A DNA stretch of 64,000 nucleotides from Eledone cirrhosa (lineage: Eukaryota): positions 213,280,001 through 213,344,000 of the forward strand of contig OZ024742.1 in assembly GCA_964016885.1 (NCBI GenBank). Reading direction: 5' to 3'. The notes beneath the pieces were generated by a model. The model did no database searches, was not told the origin of the DNA, and saw only the letters and a program-made list of their open reading frames with translations. A program made the position numbers and the translations under genes. Shown piece after piece: positions 1-12,049 of the stretch (position 1 is the stretch's first letter; the number at the start of each line of letters is the position of its first letter).

Positions 1-3000
1 TCTGCAGATTTCTCATCAGTTCTGCATAAATATTCTCCTTTTCGCAAATCTTTGATATTATATTGGCATCTGCTGGACAGCTAACTTCCACTATTGTGCA
101 TGCCTTTTTTCCCTGTCCCATAACATAATATCTGGTCTGTTATGCCTGCATTTAATTGGGGTTTTTACCGGAACATTCCACCAGTACTCTTTCATATTAT
201 GTATATGTATGTCTTCCACATTGTTGTAGCTTTTAATGTATCGGGGCTATCTTTCCTACGGATTGCATTAGACAGTGTTTTGGCCACTACATCATGCCTC
301 ATAGGTAGATAGTACCGCGATGACATCTTTGGACAGCTGCTGATGACATGGGTGACATCTTCGATGTTAATTCTGCAGAGTCTGCACTTGTTATCACATC
401 TATGTGTTTTGCCTGCATCCCTATCTCTTTTGTGAATCAGGTATGTCGTGTTGATTTCCTGTTCTTGGATTGCAAAAGCCAATATAGCGGTTGTTGGTCC
501 AAGATAGACTACTTTCCTTATCTACATTACTCTCACTCTGGAGCTTCCTGGCAACATATCCATGCATGATTTTTTGCTGATAAGCATGCAGTTTTTCATC
601 CATGGATTCACTGCGATACTGCTGAGCGACTTCCCTGGGTGTGAGTTTTTGATTATCACACAGGGAATAACTCTCGAGGAGTTCCTACCCAACTCTCATG
701 ATCTTATCTGTTTCAAGCAGATAGACTTGCTCGATAGACGGGCTCCTACGCTTTGAGGTTCGTAGATGTTGTCGGAGCAACATTCAAATGTTGTCTGGAC
801 TGATGTTAGGCCTCTGCCTCCCTGCTTACGTTTCAAGTAAAGGCGGTCTGTGTCACTGTTGATGTGGAAGTCTCCGGTGTTGTTTAGTATTTTTCGAGTT
901 CTAACATCAATCGCTCGGATTTCGTCTATCGTCCAATTGAGTATTCCAAAAGTTGGTGTTAGGACAGGCACAGCAAACACATTATGAGCCACTGTTTTGC
1001 TTTACGCAGAGAGTTCCGATGACCATATCTTTCTTAATCGGGTGTAGTATTCCCTGGTTACGCGTTTCTTATTACAGATACCATTATAGGATATGTTCTC
1101 ATCTATCCCCAGGTACCTGTAGCAGTCCTCATCAGACATTGGTGAAACAGTTAGGCCATTGATACAAATGTTGCTAGATTGGGTTGTTGTTTCTCCCCGC
1201 TTTACAGTCATATACGAACATTTATCTTGGCCAAACTCCATTCCTATATCCTTTGAGAACGCTGTAACAATGTCAAGATGTTTCTTCATCCCTTCCATGT
1301 TCTTGGCATAGAGTTTCAGATCGTCCAGAAAAAAATTATGGGTTAGGTTCGTATTTCTGTCCTCCTGTGAGCCAATGATGTATCCTTCACATTTCTTGAG
1401 CAGAAAGGACAAGGGGTTTAATGACAGGATGAATAATATCACAGAGAGACTGTCTCCCTGAAATATACCCCTGCGATATTTTATTTTATCAGTGAAAATA
1501 GAGTCCTCCTTCTCTGTTTTTAACTTTAGGATAGTAGCCCAAGAAGACAGCTTCTCTATGACTCTGATAATAATGTCTGGGACTTTAACAAGCCTCTATC
1601 ATCCAAGAGTGGAGAACAGAATCGAAAGCTTTCCTGTAGTCCAGCCAGACTGTAGCCATATTCCTCCTAAGTTGTCGCACCTCCGACATCGCTGTTTTGT
1701 TGATTAGGAGCTGTTCAGCACATCCCCAAACCCCTTTCTTTCCAGCTGCTTGTTCATCTGTGATGATGTTATTATTTTCACAGTGATCTTGGAGGAATAG
1801 GTTCAGGCAGGCCGTATACATCTTATACATCAGGTTCTGGCATGCAATGGGTCGGTAGCTTTTTGCCAGGTGGGTGTCTTTGTTGTTGGGGACCAGTAAT
1901 GTTTGTGCTAATGTCAAACTATTCTGGTATAAGTGTATCTCCCTTAAGAACTTGTTGGTAGAGGTCAGTAAGATACCTCCGATAGAAAATCAGTTTTTTG
2001 TACCAGTAGCCGACAATCATGTCTCTTCCTGGTGTTTTCTTATCTTGGAGTTTTCCTATCACAGTCTCAAGAGTACCCTCACTTATTTCGTATGTTTTTG
2101 TTGTAGTGTAGGAGCAATAGTTCTTTTGGATTTCTTTTAGCCACACTGCATTTTGGTTGAAATTCTTCTTTTCACCCCATATTTTTCTCCAAAAGAAATC
2201 TATGTCATTCTGGGTCACTTATTATTTTGCCCTTCAGAGTCACTTATTATTTTGCCCTTCATATCTCTATAGACTGATGTTTAGTTTCGTCTGAATCTTT
2301 TATTAAGCACTTTTCTTTCATCTACCTTCTTCAGGTATCGGCATTTTCGCTAACAGCTCTCAATTCTTGTTTGATCAGCTTATATTGAAGAGTTCTGGTT
2401 CTACTGTTACCAAACATCGTCTCTATTTTATTTTTCACTCTTTGTTGGTGAGGGGTGAAGTTTTTTTTGTGTTTGTTTGCATGTAAGGAGCATTGTCACA
2501 TATCCTATGGTTTTTCGTAGGTCAGCAATCTTTTTTTCTATTTTAGTTATATATAATGGTATTTTTGGTGGTGTTTTGTTCTTGTTAATATCTCTGCTAT
2601 CACCAAGATAATGCTTCACTGTCGTTGCTAAGGCATATAAAGAGGCGTTGATTTGCCAAAAGTTGGGGTTTTTATCCGACGTAAGTATTCATCCCCTATT
2701 TCGTCAATAACACGTAATATTTCATTATTTGTTTTTTTTTAATTCCGCCGAGGTTGACTTTGCCTTTCATCCTTACGGGGTCGATAAAATAAAGTATCAG
2801 TAATGCACTGGGTAATTGCTGGCCTTGTGCCTAAAGTAGAAACAATTATTATTTTTTTTTTTTATTAAATATTGTTGTTTAGCAAGAGAAATGTTTATAC
2901 ATTTAATTTCTCTGTGGAAGATTTCGTTGAGGGAAATTTTCAATTGTTTATACTTTTGATTATCATTATCGATAGTATTTTCCACAATAGTCGAGGTAGA

Positions 3001-3195
3001 CTCGGATGGTACACGTGGTGTCAAATGTCTTCGATTATTATTATTATTTCTTCGATTAATATTATTATCGATAGTGTTTTCCCCAGGATTCGAGGTAGAC
3101 TTAGATGGTACAAACGTCGCCAGGGTAGAAGATGTTAGAGATGGATGAGGTTTTTGTAAAGCAGAAAGTACTGCAGCTTAGAAGGATGCAGTAAA
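1..3195 (-). mobile_element. Decayed R4/Dong-clade non-LTR retrotransposon (RT + CCHC + restriction-like endonuclease); runs off the window start
   Basis: Frameshifted minus-strand fragments: KTPGRD, SYRPIAC, WLDYRKAFDSV, GIFQGDSLS/ILFILSLNPL, FFLDDLKLY, YRYLG, GGRGL, CRLC..THVISSC..RHD, then PD..W..VEVSCP near position 80-140. The 5' boundary is uncertain. Confidence 0.85.
2742..2850 (+). mobile_element. 5'-truncated SINE (Meta-domain-like core) inserted in the R4 element
   Basis: ggttgactttgcctttcatccttacggggtcgataaaataaagtatcag matches the copies at 7903 and 20280; flanked by similar attat..ttttttttta tracts (possible TSD). Confidence 0.7.
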
Positions 3196-6100
3196 TTAGA
3201 CCGGGTGGATAAGCTTTGACGTTTCGCAGTGAAAAAGCGCCCGTGTGGGGGTAACCATGTGTTAATTCTCTAACGCCTCATGGTAGACGACGTTTTGTAT
3301 CTTGCCCTCAGGAGCATGGATGAAGAGGCTTTGTGGACTCCCGACCCTTGAGCACCCAACATACAACTGGCCATGTGAAAAAACAGGTTCAGAAAGTTCT
3401 AAGCCAACCACCTGCAATGACTGCCCTTGCGCCTTGTTAATGCTCATTGCAAAGCTTAAATTCAATGGAAATTGCAGTCGTCGAAACTGAAAGGGCATAT
3501 CGGATGGAATGAGCGGTATTCTGGGTATGAAGACATCCTCACCACTGGTTGGTCCATTTAAGACAGTAGCCTCTAAGACTTTTGACATCATGGTCTTAAT
3601 GGTCAGCCGCGTTCCGTTACAAAGTTTCGGGGGGTCTAAGTTTCTTAACAGCATAACTGGAGAGCCTCTTTTAAGTAGCAAGTTATGCTGGGGAAGTCCT
3701 TGTGGTGTAAGGCTGTTTAGAAATTCAACCGGGTAATGCACCGCCTCGTCCGTGTTGGGAACAGAGTCTATGGACTTGTAACTGATGGAATCACCAGGGA
3801 GTTGTTCTAGGAGTCTAACATTTAATGCATCCACAGAGACATTCTTCGGCGCTAAGATTGTGCGCTGCTTCAGCCAATCGGGATCAGTGTAATTTCTGGG
3901 TAGGTAAGAAAACACCGTTGACATGAGATTTTCGGCTTTAGGTACAACATGCCCAAACGGAAGACATATAGGACCGTCATTTTCGCCAACTATAGTGCCA
4001 TTGCCTATTTCCAATAGTTGCCTGAGAACACCGCGGTCTCTTCATCACCACTAAAATGGACTCTCATGTTAGTTGTAAGATGCATCTTTTTTATATTCTG
4101 CCACAAGTAGGAACACTTGATGCTTGCGTTCACCTCGTCTGCCCTTGTTCCTTTCGGAATAATAGGAAGGGTCTGACGGAAATCCCCAGCAAGCAAAACT
4201 GTCACACCACCCATAAGCCGTGTATTCTGCCTAAGATCCTGAAGGGTACGGTCGAGAGCCTCGAAGGCGCCTTTATGGCTCATTGGCGCTTCATCCCAAA
4301 TGATGAGGCTGCACTCGTTCAGAATTTTGCCTTTTGTCGAGCCGCAACTGATATTGCAGGTGGGCGTTTCCCTCTTGGATAAATCTAAGGGTAGCCTAAA
4401 TGATGAATGGGCTGTACGACCGCCATGTATCAGGGTTGCCGCTATGCCACTGGAGGCCACTCCTAAAGCAATTTGTCCGCGTTGCCTAACTTTAGCCAGA
4501 AGCAAGTTGATGACGAAGGTTTTGCCTGTTCCCCCTAGAGCATCAAGGAAAAAATACCTCCCGCTTTGCTGTCAATTCTGGAGATTATCATGTTGTAGGC
4601 AGTCCTCTGGGCTGACAATAGTCGAGGCTCGTTGAGCTGTACATATGCTGCCAAATCCACCTGGTCGTAGCTAACCTCGCGCATGTACTCGATGTTTAAT
4701 GGACTGGATGCTAGCTGTGGTTGAGGCAAACCGAAGGTAGCGACGCCCTGACCTCCCATTGCTTGGACTCGTATATCTAGGTCGAGTAATGCCTCGTTGT
4801 AGATAGCATAATTATATTCAAACCCAGCCATAGGGTCCTGATGCTGAAGTCGGCGGAGGAAGTATTCGGCCATGCTGTTTTTGTGTGCCTCCCAAAGCTT
4901 TAAGGGGTCACTCAAACCGCATGTCATCAGCATGATGGAAAACAGCTGGTGCAGTTGAATTGGGGCTTTGAAGGCAGCATCCTCCCCCAGAGTCTGATCC
5001 CATTGAGCGTCACCTTCCAAGAGTCCAGGTTTTGCACACGCCTCCCTATGCGTAGTGCAGAGGTTGCCGTTGATGCGCCGTAGCTCAGTGAAAGAAGTAG
5101 GACCCCTAACACTGTGCAGCAACATACGTAAATAAAAGCACTCATGGTGATTTGGATGCACTGTGTACACCCTCCTGATGGCATCGCTTTTAAAAACGTC
5201 TTCTCCTTTCACGTGAACGCGTGCTCCCTGTCGGCGCCTGGTCCATTTATTATGTGCCCAGGTGTCGTATGTTGGGATGTCGGCGTAATGAAGCGTTTTA
5301 GCAAACAGATCTTCTTGGCACAATAGGAAGAGAGCCGTTAATTTTGTTGCAGGTGGGTTGGCCACCACGCGGCTGGCGGTTTCGTCAGTAAAGTACACTC
5401 TTTGCCCATTCTCCAAGTGAACATTCAAGTTTACGACTATTGGAGAGCGCTGATGATATCAAAACCCCAAATCCTCCAAATCGCCTGATTGGATGAAATG
5501 TACCTGCCGATTTGATATTGCTGTATCTCATCAGGTTGTGCCCTGCCACCTTGGAGTTCAATGACAGCCATATCCCCTCCCTTGTTTATGTACTTGCATA
5601 TGTACTTAATACTCTTCACCGACGTACATGACTCAACATTGATGTGAGCATTAAAAATCTTAGCAAGAAGAGGGTTATATGGTACGACCCAACTGTTGTC
5701 GAGGACAATCTCCAGCCCGTGCAGCTTTATTTTTGCTGTAGCCCCACCATCCGCGGGTGCGCGCCGTCTATAGATGGGATAGCCGTCGATCCCTGTGCGT
5801 GTTTCCCGTGTAAAATGTCGTGGAAACCTTTTAGTGCGCTTGTTATTCTCCATGCAAGGTGAATTAAAGTTAAGGGTGCCGCAGGGTCCGTGCATCAATT
5901 GCTTGCTCACGGTGTTGAACAGTTGCACATCGGTTTGCGGATCGGGCAGTTCTGCGCAATGTTGTCCATGTCCGTTGGCCGTATCCTGTCCTTGCACCAT
6001 ATAAGGATGTGAGCATGTGGTAGACCCCGCTTCTGTCACTCCACAGTATACATCCATGCATTAAGACCACCGAATATTTTGCCGTCTTTCAGTAGCCACA

Positions 6101-7727
6101 TCAATTTCTTGAGTTTCTGCTGGAAAACTCTGGCTATGAGGTCGTGCCTGTCACTACTCACCTGGCCCTGGAAGAGGTAGGTTTGAATTTCCGCCCATTT
6201 TGGATTGCAAGTGAAAGTGATGAAAAGATCAGGCCTGCCAAACTTACGGACGTAAGACATTGCAGCCTGAGTTCTTTGGTACATATACCGGGGGGATCCT
6301 GTGGAACTTGATGGAAGGGTCACTTGTTGTCCGACGTTTCCGGCATAGCAATCACGAATCAGGGCGTCCTGTAAATGGATGTATTCCTCCGCACGCAGTT
6401 TCTTTTGGTTGAGTCGAATAAAGAGCAGACGTTCTGCCTCCATTTTGGCAAACATATCGACAATGAATTGATTCGTCAGCTGCCTGAATCGAAGAAGCTG
6501 ATTAAAATGTCCACTCCTTACCATAAAGTGTTAGGCATAAAAGTCCATGCATGAAATGGATTTCCGTGATTCACTACCATTGGATGGATTTACATGACGA
6601 AGAGCAGAATTGTATCCGTCCTCTCCGTGGGGGAATAAAAGAGGATACTGCAGGCAATCATAAGATCTATGTGTCTCTGTGACAAACACCAGTCGACTGT
6701 CACGGTGCTGAAGGACGATATCGCGTTTACCGTGCTCCTCGCCAACCAAAATCACTGCCACCTCATTAGTATTTGGTGCATTGAAACGACGGGCATGCTC
6801 GCCAGCTGGTCGTCTGTCAGCCCTTATAATCACCTTGAGGTTCGGCGTGGTTTCAATTTGTTCCAAAGCATACTTGAAAGCGTGAACGTAGGGATGAGTC
6901 ACATGGAGCATTGTCTGCAGACCTACTACTATTCGCCTATCTACACCCTTAGCTTGCAGCGTTGGTCAATCTCGGCCTCACCTCCACCCAAAAAGAAAAC
7001 CTGCAGAAACTTTGGCTCTTCACTTGAACGCGGACGAAGACTACCCATGCGATGATAGCATTGGCCTTGAAGTCTGAATGTAGTGAAAACGTTGTTGTTG
7101 GGGTTCACGCTGATCGAAAGATTTTTGTAAAAAATATGAAAAACATTCTGTCATATATTTTGTTGACTGTACAATTATTTAAGAATTAAGAATTCTACTA
7201 AAAAGAACTCTGAATATCTGTTTGTAAAGCCTTCCATTTTCCCATAAAGAAAGGCGTAGATGTGCATATTTCCACAATATTGAGCCATTGATAATTAAAC
7301 TATGAATAACTGTCTGCCCTAACTCTTAAAGGTCTCATTTAACGCATGATTTATGAGTTTAAAAAAACTTTCTGAATTTTTGCAGCCTTGGAGTAACTCC
7401 TAATGGATCTATTATTGTGGTAATATCAAATTTCATTGGAATCGGACAAATTTCGTAAATATCGATTTTTGCCTCTGGTGATCCAATCCCCGGATCAAAA
7501 TACACATTTGCGTCGAGTTTCATCGAAATCGGACGATATTTGAAAATATCGGTTTTTGGCTTCTGGGGGCCCGATTATCGATTTTTCGAAAATTTCAAGT
7601 AGCCTATTACAATCTACGGGTCGAGTTTTATATATGTGTCACGTTTCATGAAAATCGGATGAACGGTATAGCCTGCAAGTTCCGGACAAACAAACAAACA
7701 ACACTCAACTTCACTTTATATATTAGA
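3196..7727 (-). mobile_element. Helitron, decayed and internally deleted
   Basis: Minus-strand 5' end A|TCTAATATATAAAG..TGTTTGTTTGTTTGTCCG..CCGATTTTCATGAAA at 7727 resembles animal Helitron 5' termini; RepHel remnants inside; candidate 3' CTAA|T at 3196 lacks a clear subterminal hairpin, so the 3' end is tentative. Confidence 0.85.
3262..7090 (-). pseudogene. Helitron Rep/PIF1-helicase (RepHel), multiple frameshifts and stops
   Basis: Rep motifs GRPDLFITFTCNPKW, YTVE*QKRGLPHAHIL (HUH), KYICKYINKG; helicase motifs GTGKTF, IIWDEAPM, LAGDFRQTLP, FAMSINKAQGQS, HGQLYVGCSRV. Confidence 0.93.
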
Positions 7728-7807
7728 TATACATAGCTACACCAAACGTATATATACATACTTACACTACATACACATATGCAGGTGCTTAAAAGATGAT
7801 AAAATAA

Positions 7808-7966
7808 GGCGCCGAATTGGCAGAGTCGTTAAGACATCGGATAAAATGCTGTATGGTATTCGTCCCACCTCATTGCGCACTCTGAGTTCAAATCCCACCG
7901 TGGTCAACTTTGCCTTTCATCCTTTCCAGGTCGATAAAAAAGTACCAGTTCAGTACTGGTGTCGAT
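7808..7966 (+). mobile_element. tRNA-derived SINE with Meta-like central domain
   Basis: A-box-like TGGCAGAGTCGTT, B-box GAGTTCAAATCC, followed by ggtcaactttgcctttcatcctttccaggtcgataaaa. Confidence 0.75.
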
Positions 7967-8084
7967 TCTTCCTTTATAGAAAAAATCGGCTGTGTTCAGA
8001 CCTGGAGAGGGTTGGGCTCCGCCAGGTTTAAAAGTGCCCTAGACACGCCGTATGACAACACGCAGATGCTTACATATATGTCAA

Positions 8085-8370
8085 TAAATATATATGTAAG
8101 CACACATACATACCTGTACATATGAAAAACGTAAAAGGAAATATATATAAAATACCTTAAAAGTTATAAAAACGTACAAAAAAATGCCACCCCCTCTGCC
8201 TCTTTGACTGTAAGTAACGCAACATAAAAAAGAATCTGTTTCATATATTTCACCACTCTTATGTGTTATATGTCATATACCATACATTATACTCTATAAT
8301 TCCATGACCTACATTATATTTTACGTTTTTCATATGTACAGGTGTGTATGTGTGCTTACATATATATTTA
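8085..8370. repeat. Inverted repeat, ~52-bp arms (8085-8136 / 8319-8370)
   Basis: taaatatatatgtaagcacacatacatacctgtacatatgaaaaacgtaaaa and its near-perfect reverse complement. Confidence 0.8.
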
Positions 8371-8638
8371 TATTCTAATCATTATATTTTAGTTTACTTC
8401 ATATATTATAATTTTAAATTTTGAATTTTTAAAAATAAAAAAAAAAAGATATTTCCCAATTTTTAATTTCTTCTCTTCCTTTTTGGCATTTTTTGTCATC
8501 TTTACAACTCTTCAACTTTTTATTTTTCCAATTTCTCATTTCCCGCTTTTCATTTTTTCAGCCATTTTTTTTTTCCCTCATACTATATCGTATATGTGCC
8601 TAACATCCAACCACACCGACAACACCACTGTCATCATC

Positions 8639-8681
<43 letters not shown>

Positions 8682-8757
8682 TGAAATATATAAGATATAT
8701 GAATATAACTTGCGGAGTTATAACTACAATGAAGATTACAGAAATATGAATATTATG

Positions 8758-8810
<53 letters not shown>

Positions 8811-8817
<7 letters not shown>

Positions 8818-9003
8818 CGAGTAGGAACCCGACAGCTGAGCTCAAGCCGTTTCGACGGCTAATTATGTCCAGAAATAGGCGTCGAAACGGCTTGAGCTCA
8901 GTCGTCGGGGTCCTACTCGTTCATATTTCCCACTCTACTACCCTAAGTATTGAGTACTTTGGTGCGTTATGTTCCATATGGTTCCTTGCCACATTTCCTT
9001 CGT

Positions 9004-9004
<1 letters not shown>
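8811..9004 (+). mobile_element. Minimal fold-back PLE pLTR (family a): ~50-bp-arm hairpin plus ~78-bp tail, between (TA)n tracts
   Basis: 8811-8926 is self-complementary and contains the 3' half of the family-a hammerhead (GAAACGGCTTGAGCTCAGTCGTC GGGGT); tail cccactctactaccctaagtattgagtac.. is shared with 10531 and 60792. Confidence 0.75.
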
Positions 9005-9032
<28 letters not shown>

Positions 9033-9036
<4 letters not shown>

Positions 9037-9641
9037 GGGAGAAAGTATGACCCCGACGGCAGAGCTCGTTTCGACGGCTATTTCTGGACTAATGTAAGAG
9101 TTTTTTTAGTCTGGTAAATAAATAGTCGAACTTTTCAAGGGGTTCTTCCTTATATGGGAAGATTATAGTTGTCAAGAGGATTGGTCAAAATTTGTAGAAG
9201 ACACAGAAAAGTCTATCATGGCAGTGGATATTCTTTTTTATTATATTTTTTCATTGTCTCCTAATCCCATTTGATCTCCCAATTCTATAACGTCCCTCCT
9301 CCTTTTTTCTAAAGAAACCTTTTTTCGCCTACCTCCTCTGGCCTACTTTCATACACATTCCTTAGAATTTGTAGATTTCACCTTCAACGCTTGACCGACT
9401 CTACCCTCTCCCTATCGTTCTACAGGCAAGTTCAGCCGCCCCCACCCCGCACCCACTGCCATGATAGACTTTTCTGTGTCTGCTACAAATTTTGACCAAT
9501 CCTCTTGACAACTACAATCATCCCATATAAGGAAGTGCCCCTTGAAAAGTTCGACTATTTATTTACCAGACTAAAAAATCTCTTACTTTAGTCCAGAAAT
9601 AGCCGTCGAAACGAGCTCTGCCGTCGGGGTCATACTTTCTC

Positions 9642-9648
<7 letters not shown>
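9033..9648 (+). mobile_element. Fold-back PLE pLTR (family a), ~195-bp inverted arms
   Basis: 9033-9227 is the reverse complement of 9453-9648; homologous to 60560-60790; flanked by (TA)n. Confidence 0.8.
9537..9630 (+). ncRNA. Hammerhead ribozyme motif (U3-A8 core variant), stem III partly deleted
   Basis: GCCCC-TTGAAAA-(stem II CGACTATTT/AAATAGCCG)-GAAAC-GAGCTC-..GTC|GGGGT. Confidence 0.6.
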
Positions 9649-9697
<49 letters not shown>

Positions 9698-9702
<5 letters not shown>

Positions 9703-10445
9703 CATAATATTCATATTTCTGTAATCTTCATTGTAGTTATAACTCCACAAGTTATATTCATATATCTTATAGAGAGAAAGGGGAAAGTAGTAAGGTAACA
9801 GAAAAAATACGAACCACAGCGAAGGGAAAATATATGTGAATGAAAAATGGCGTGCTGCGTTGTTGCGAATATGAACATATGAATAAAAATAGACCGAGAA
9901 ACAGGAAACGTCCGTCATCAGTAGTCTGCTGATTCTCATTGGTATTTCTTCGTATTTCTGTTACCTTACTGCTTTCCTCTTTCTCTCTTCCCTTTACCTC
10001 TTGCTTTCATCCATCCCCGCTGCTGGTCACACACTCTCAGCTGGCCCCTTCCTCACAATTTCACTCACTCACTCTCTGCTACTCCTCCTCTCTCACTTCC
10101 TCCCGTCTGACCTGCGTTAATTCTTTCCTCTCTCACTTTTATCGTGGCTCGGACGTGTCTGTTTTCTTCTCGTCATTTGATTTGTCGGACTTAAGCCCAC
10201 AAGATTCATTGACTTGTCTCTCTTTTCCTCTCTTTACGTTACGTTACCACCATGTTGTTTGTTCACTTTCCTCTGTCCCGATAACTTAATTTAGTTATCG
10301 ATCGCACTGATTTTAGGTATCTAGTCTTTAATGCGAAGAAATACCAATGAGAATCAGCAGACTACTGATGACGGACTTTTCCTGTTTCTCGGTCTATTTT
10401 TATTCATATGTTCATATTCGCAACAACGCAGCACGCCATTTTTCA
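9698..10445 (-). mobile_element. Fold-back element (probable PLE pLTR), ~115-bp inverted arms plus tail
   Basis: 9841-9956 is the reverse complement of 10330-10445; tail 9698-9770 also occurs inverted at 8689-8762; contains CTGATGA but no complete hammerhead. Confidence 0.6.
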
Positions 10446-10460
10446 TATATATATATATAT

Positions 10461-10606
10461 ATAGGAACAAGTATGACCCCGACGGCAGAGCTCAAGCCGT
10501 TTCGACGGTTATTTCTGGAGTCCAGAAATACCCACTCTACTACCCTAAGTATTGAGTACTTTGGTGCGTTATGGTTCATCTGGTTCCTTACCTCAATTCT
10601 TTCATT
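10461..10606 (+). mobile_element. Collapsed family-a PLE fold-back (left arm, hairpin tip and tail)
   Basis: gaccccgacggcagagctcaagccgtttcgacgg, then tatttctggagtccagaaata joined directly to the cccactctactaccc tail. Confidence 0.7.
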
Positions 10607-10858
10607 ATATATATAATATATACAATAAAAAGAAATACACAGATACATGTGAATACATGCATATACATGCATATACACATACATATCCCTGAATTTGTGT
10701 GGTGCCAACCTTAACCATTGTTGCTCTATGATTAATAGGGACAAAATAATCCGAATGAATTAGATTGACTCTATATCAGAGCTATATAATACATTATAAA
10801 GAAGGAAGAAACATTAGACATAAATAAAAAACAATATAAATACCCAATATTCCTCTAC

Positions 10859-10952
10859 ATTCTCGACTGTACAGTTTCGCGGCTACTATGCAAAAACACT
10901 ACATCATAGAGATGCAGTATCTTTGTGAGGTTTACCAGCTTATCAAGTGAAT
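10859..10952 (-). ncRNA. Hammerhead ribozyme motif (U3-A8 variant) in a PLE pLTR fragment
   Basis: Minus strand: ATTCAC-TTGATAA-GC..(long stem II)..GC-GAAAC-TGTACA-GTC|GAGAAT; palindromic stem III ACTGTACAGT. Confidence 0.65.
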
Positions 10953-11193
10953 ACCTCATTTAAAGTTTCAAAACACATCCGCAAGGCGTGAGAGAGAATC
11001 CCGGAAAGGCGTATTATATATATATATATATAGTATTAGTTATACTATTTATGGTTATGTAAATACAAAACCTTATGCAGTTATAAGTATTTTACACACA
11101 CCCTAAATAGTGGTAGGCAATAATGTATTACTACCTTATTACCAGTAAGTTAAGTAGCTCAATGTAAAAACATCAGATGATTTACAGAGCAGT

Positions 11194-11278
11194 TATATGA
11201 AATATAAGAATCAAAGAACTGTTCAAAACATTATTGTGCTGTAAGCACAATAATGTTTTGAACAGTTCTTTGATTCTT

Positions 11279-11290
<12 letters not shown>
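11194..11290. repeat. Perfect hairpin, 47-bp arms, 3-nt loop
   Basis: tatatgaaatataagaatcaaagaactgttcaaaacattattgtgct-gta-agcacaataatgttttgaacagttctttgattcttatatttcatata. Confidence 0.9.
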
Positions 11291-11364
<74 letters not shown>

Positions 11365-11365
11365 G

Positions 11366-11767
11366 TTAATTCAAAATATTAACAAAAATAGACATTCATG
11401 TGATTAAGTATATTTTATTATACATATTTCAGAGGTACTGAGCTATCTTCAACAGTACGTCCTCATCAGATAAAATAAGATGATGCATGACATACCTTGA
11501 CTAAGTAGATGGTTAAAATTCAGTCATGCCATGACTGAATTTTAACCATCTATTTAGTCTATTTTATCTGATGAGGACGTACTGTTGAAGATAGCTCAGT
11601 ACCTCTGAAATATGTATAATAAAATATACTTGATCACACGAATATCTATTTTGGTTAATATTTTGAATTAATATGAATAACTCTGGAAAACCATTCCTAT
11701 GGAGTGCTTCTAATCTATTGTAAAACTTTATTCATTGATTTATTCATTGAACCTTGTTTAACCTTTA
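11366..11767 (+). mobile_element. Fold-back PLE pLTR (family b) with tail
   Basis: 11366-11671 is largely self-complementary, centred on cagtcatg-c-catgactg; tail matches 56683-56820 in reverse; flanked by (TA)n. Confidence 0.8.
11561..11625 (+). ncRNA. Minimal hammerhead ribozyme (family b)
   Basis: ATTTTAT-CTGATGA-GGACGTACTG..CAGTACCTCT-GAAA-T-ATGT-ATA|ATAAAAT. Confidence 0.75.
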
Positions 11768-12049
11768 AATATATATATATATATATATATATTCATATAG
11801 CTTATATATTTCACTTATATACTGAACACCAATACCACCCTGGCTTCTATAATTTTATTTCCCATCATCTTCACCGTACTTAGTTCTTTAATTTTCAAAC
11901 TACATCGCTTTATATTTTTTACTCATTCCCACTACACTAAAACCGCCGCTGTCACCACCACTATCCCCACCAGAGTTCTTATACACTCATACGTCCATCA
12001 TGGTGGCTGCCAACTCGTTTTCGAGTACGGCCACTACTTTATATCCATG

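Noticed and set aside
2213-2261. 25-bp tandem duplication in the R4 ORF
   Set aside because: Ordinary post-insertion slippage lesion.
7808-7900. tRNA gene candidates here and at 22165-22238
   Set aside because: They are SINE heads followed by conserved SINE core domains and do not form complete cloverleaves.
10360-10440. CTGATGA as a hammerhead here; similar partial motifs at ~19071 and ~61363
   Set aside because: No properly placed stem II-GAAA-stem III could be built.
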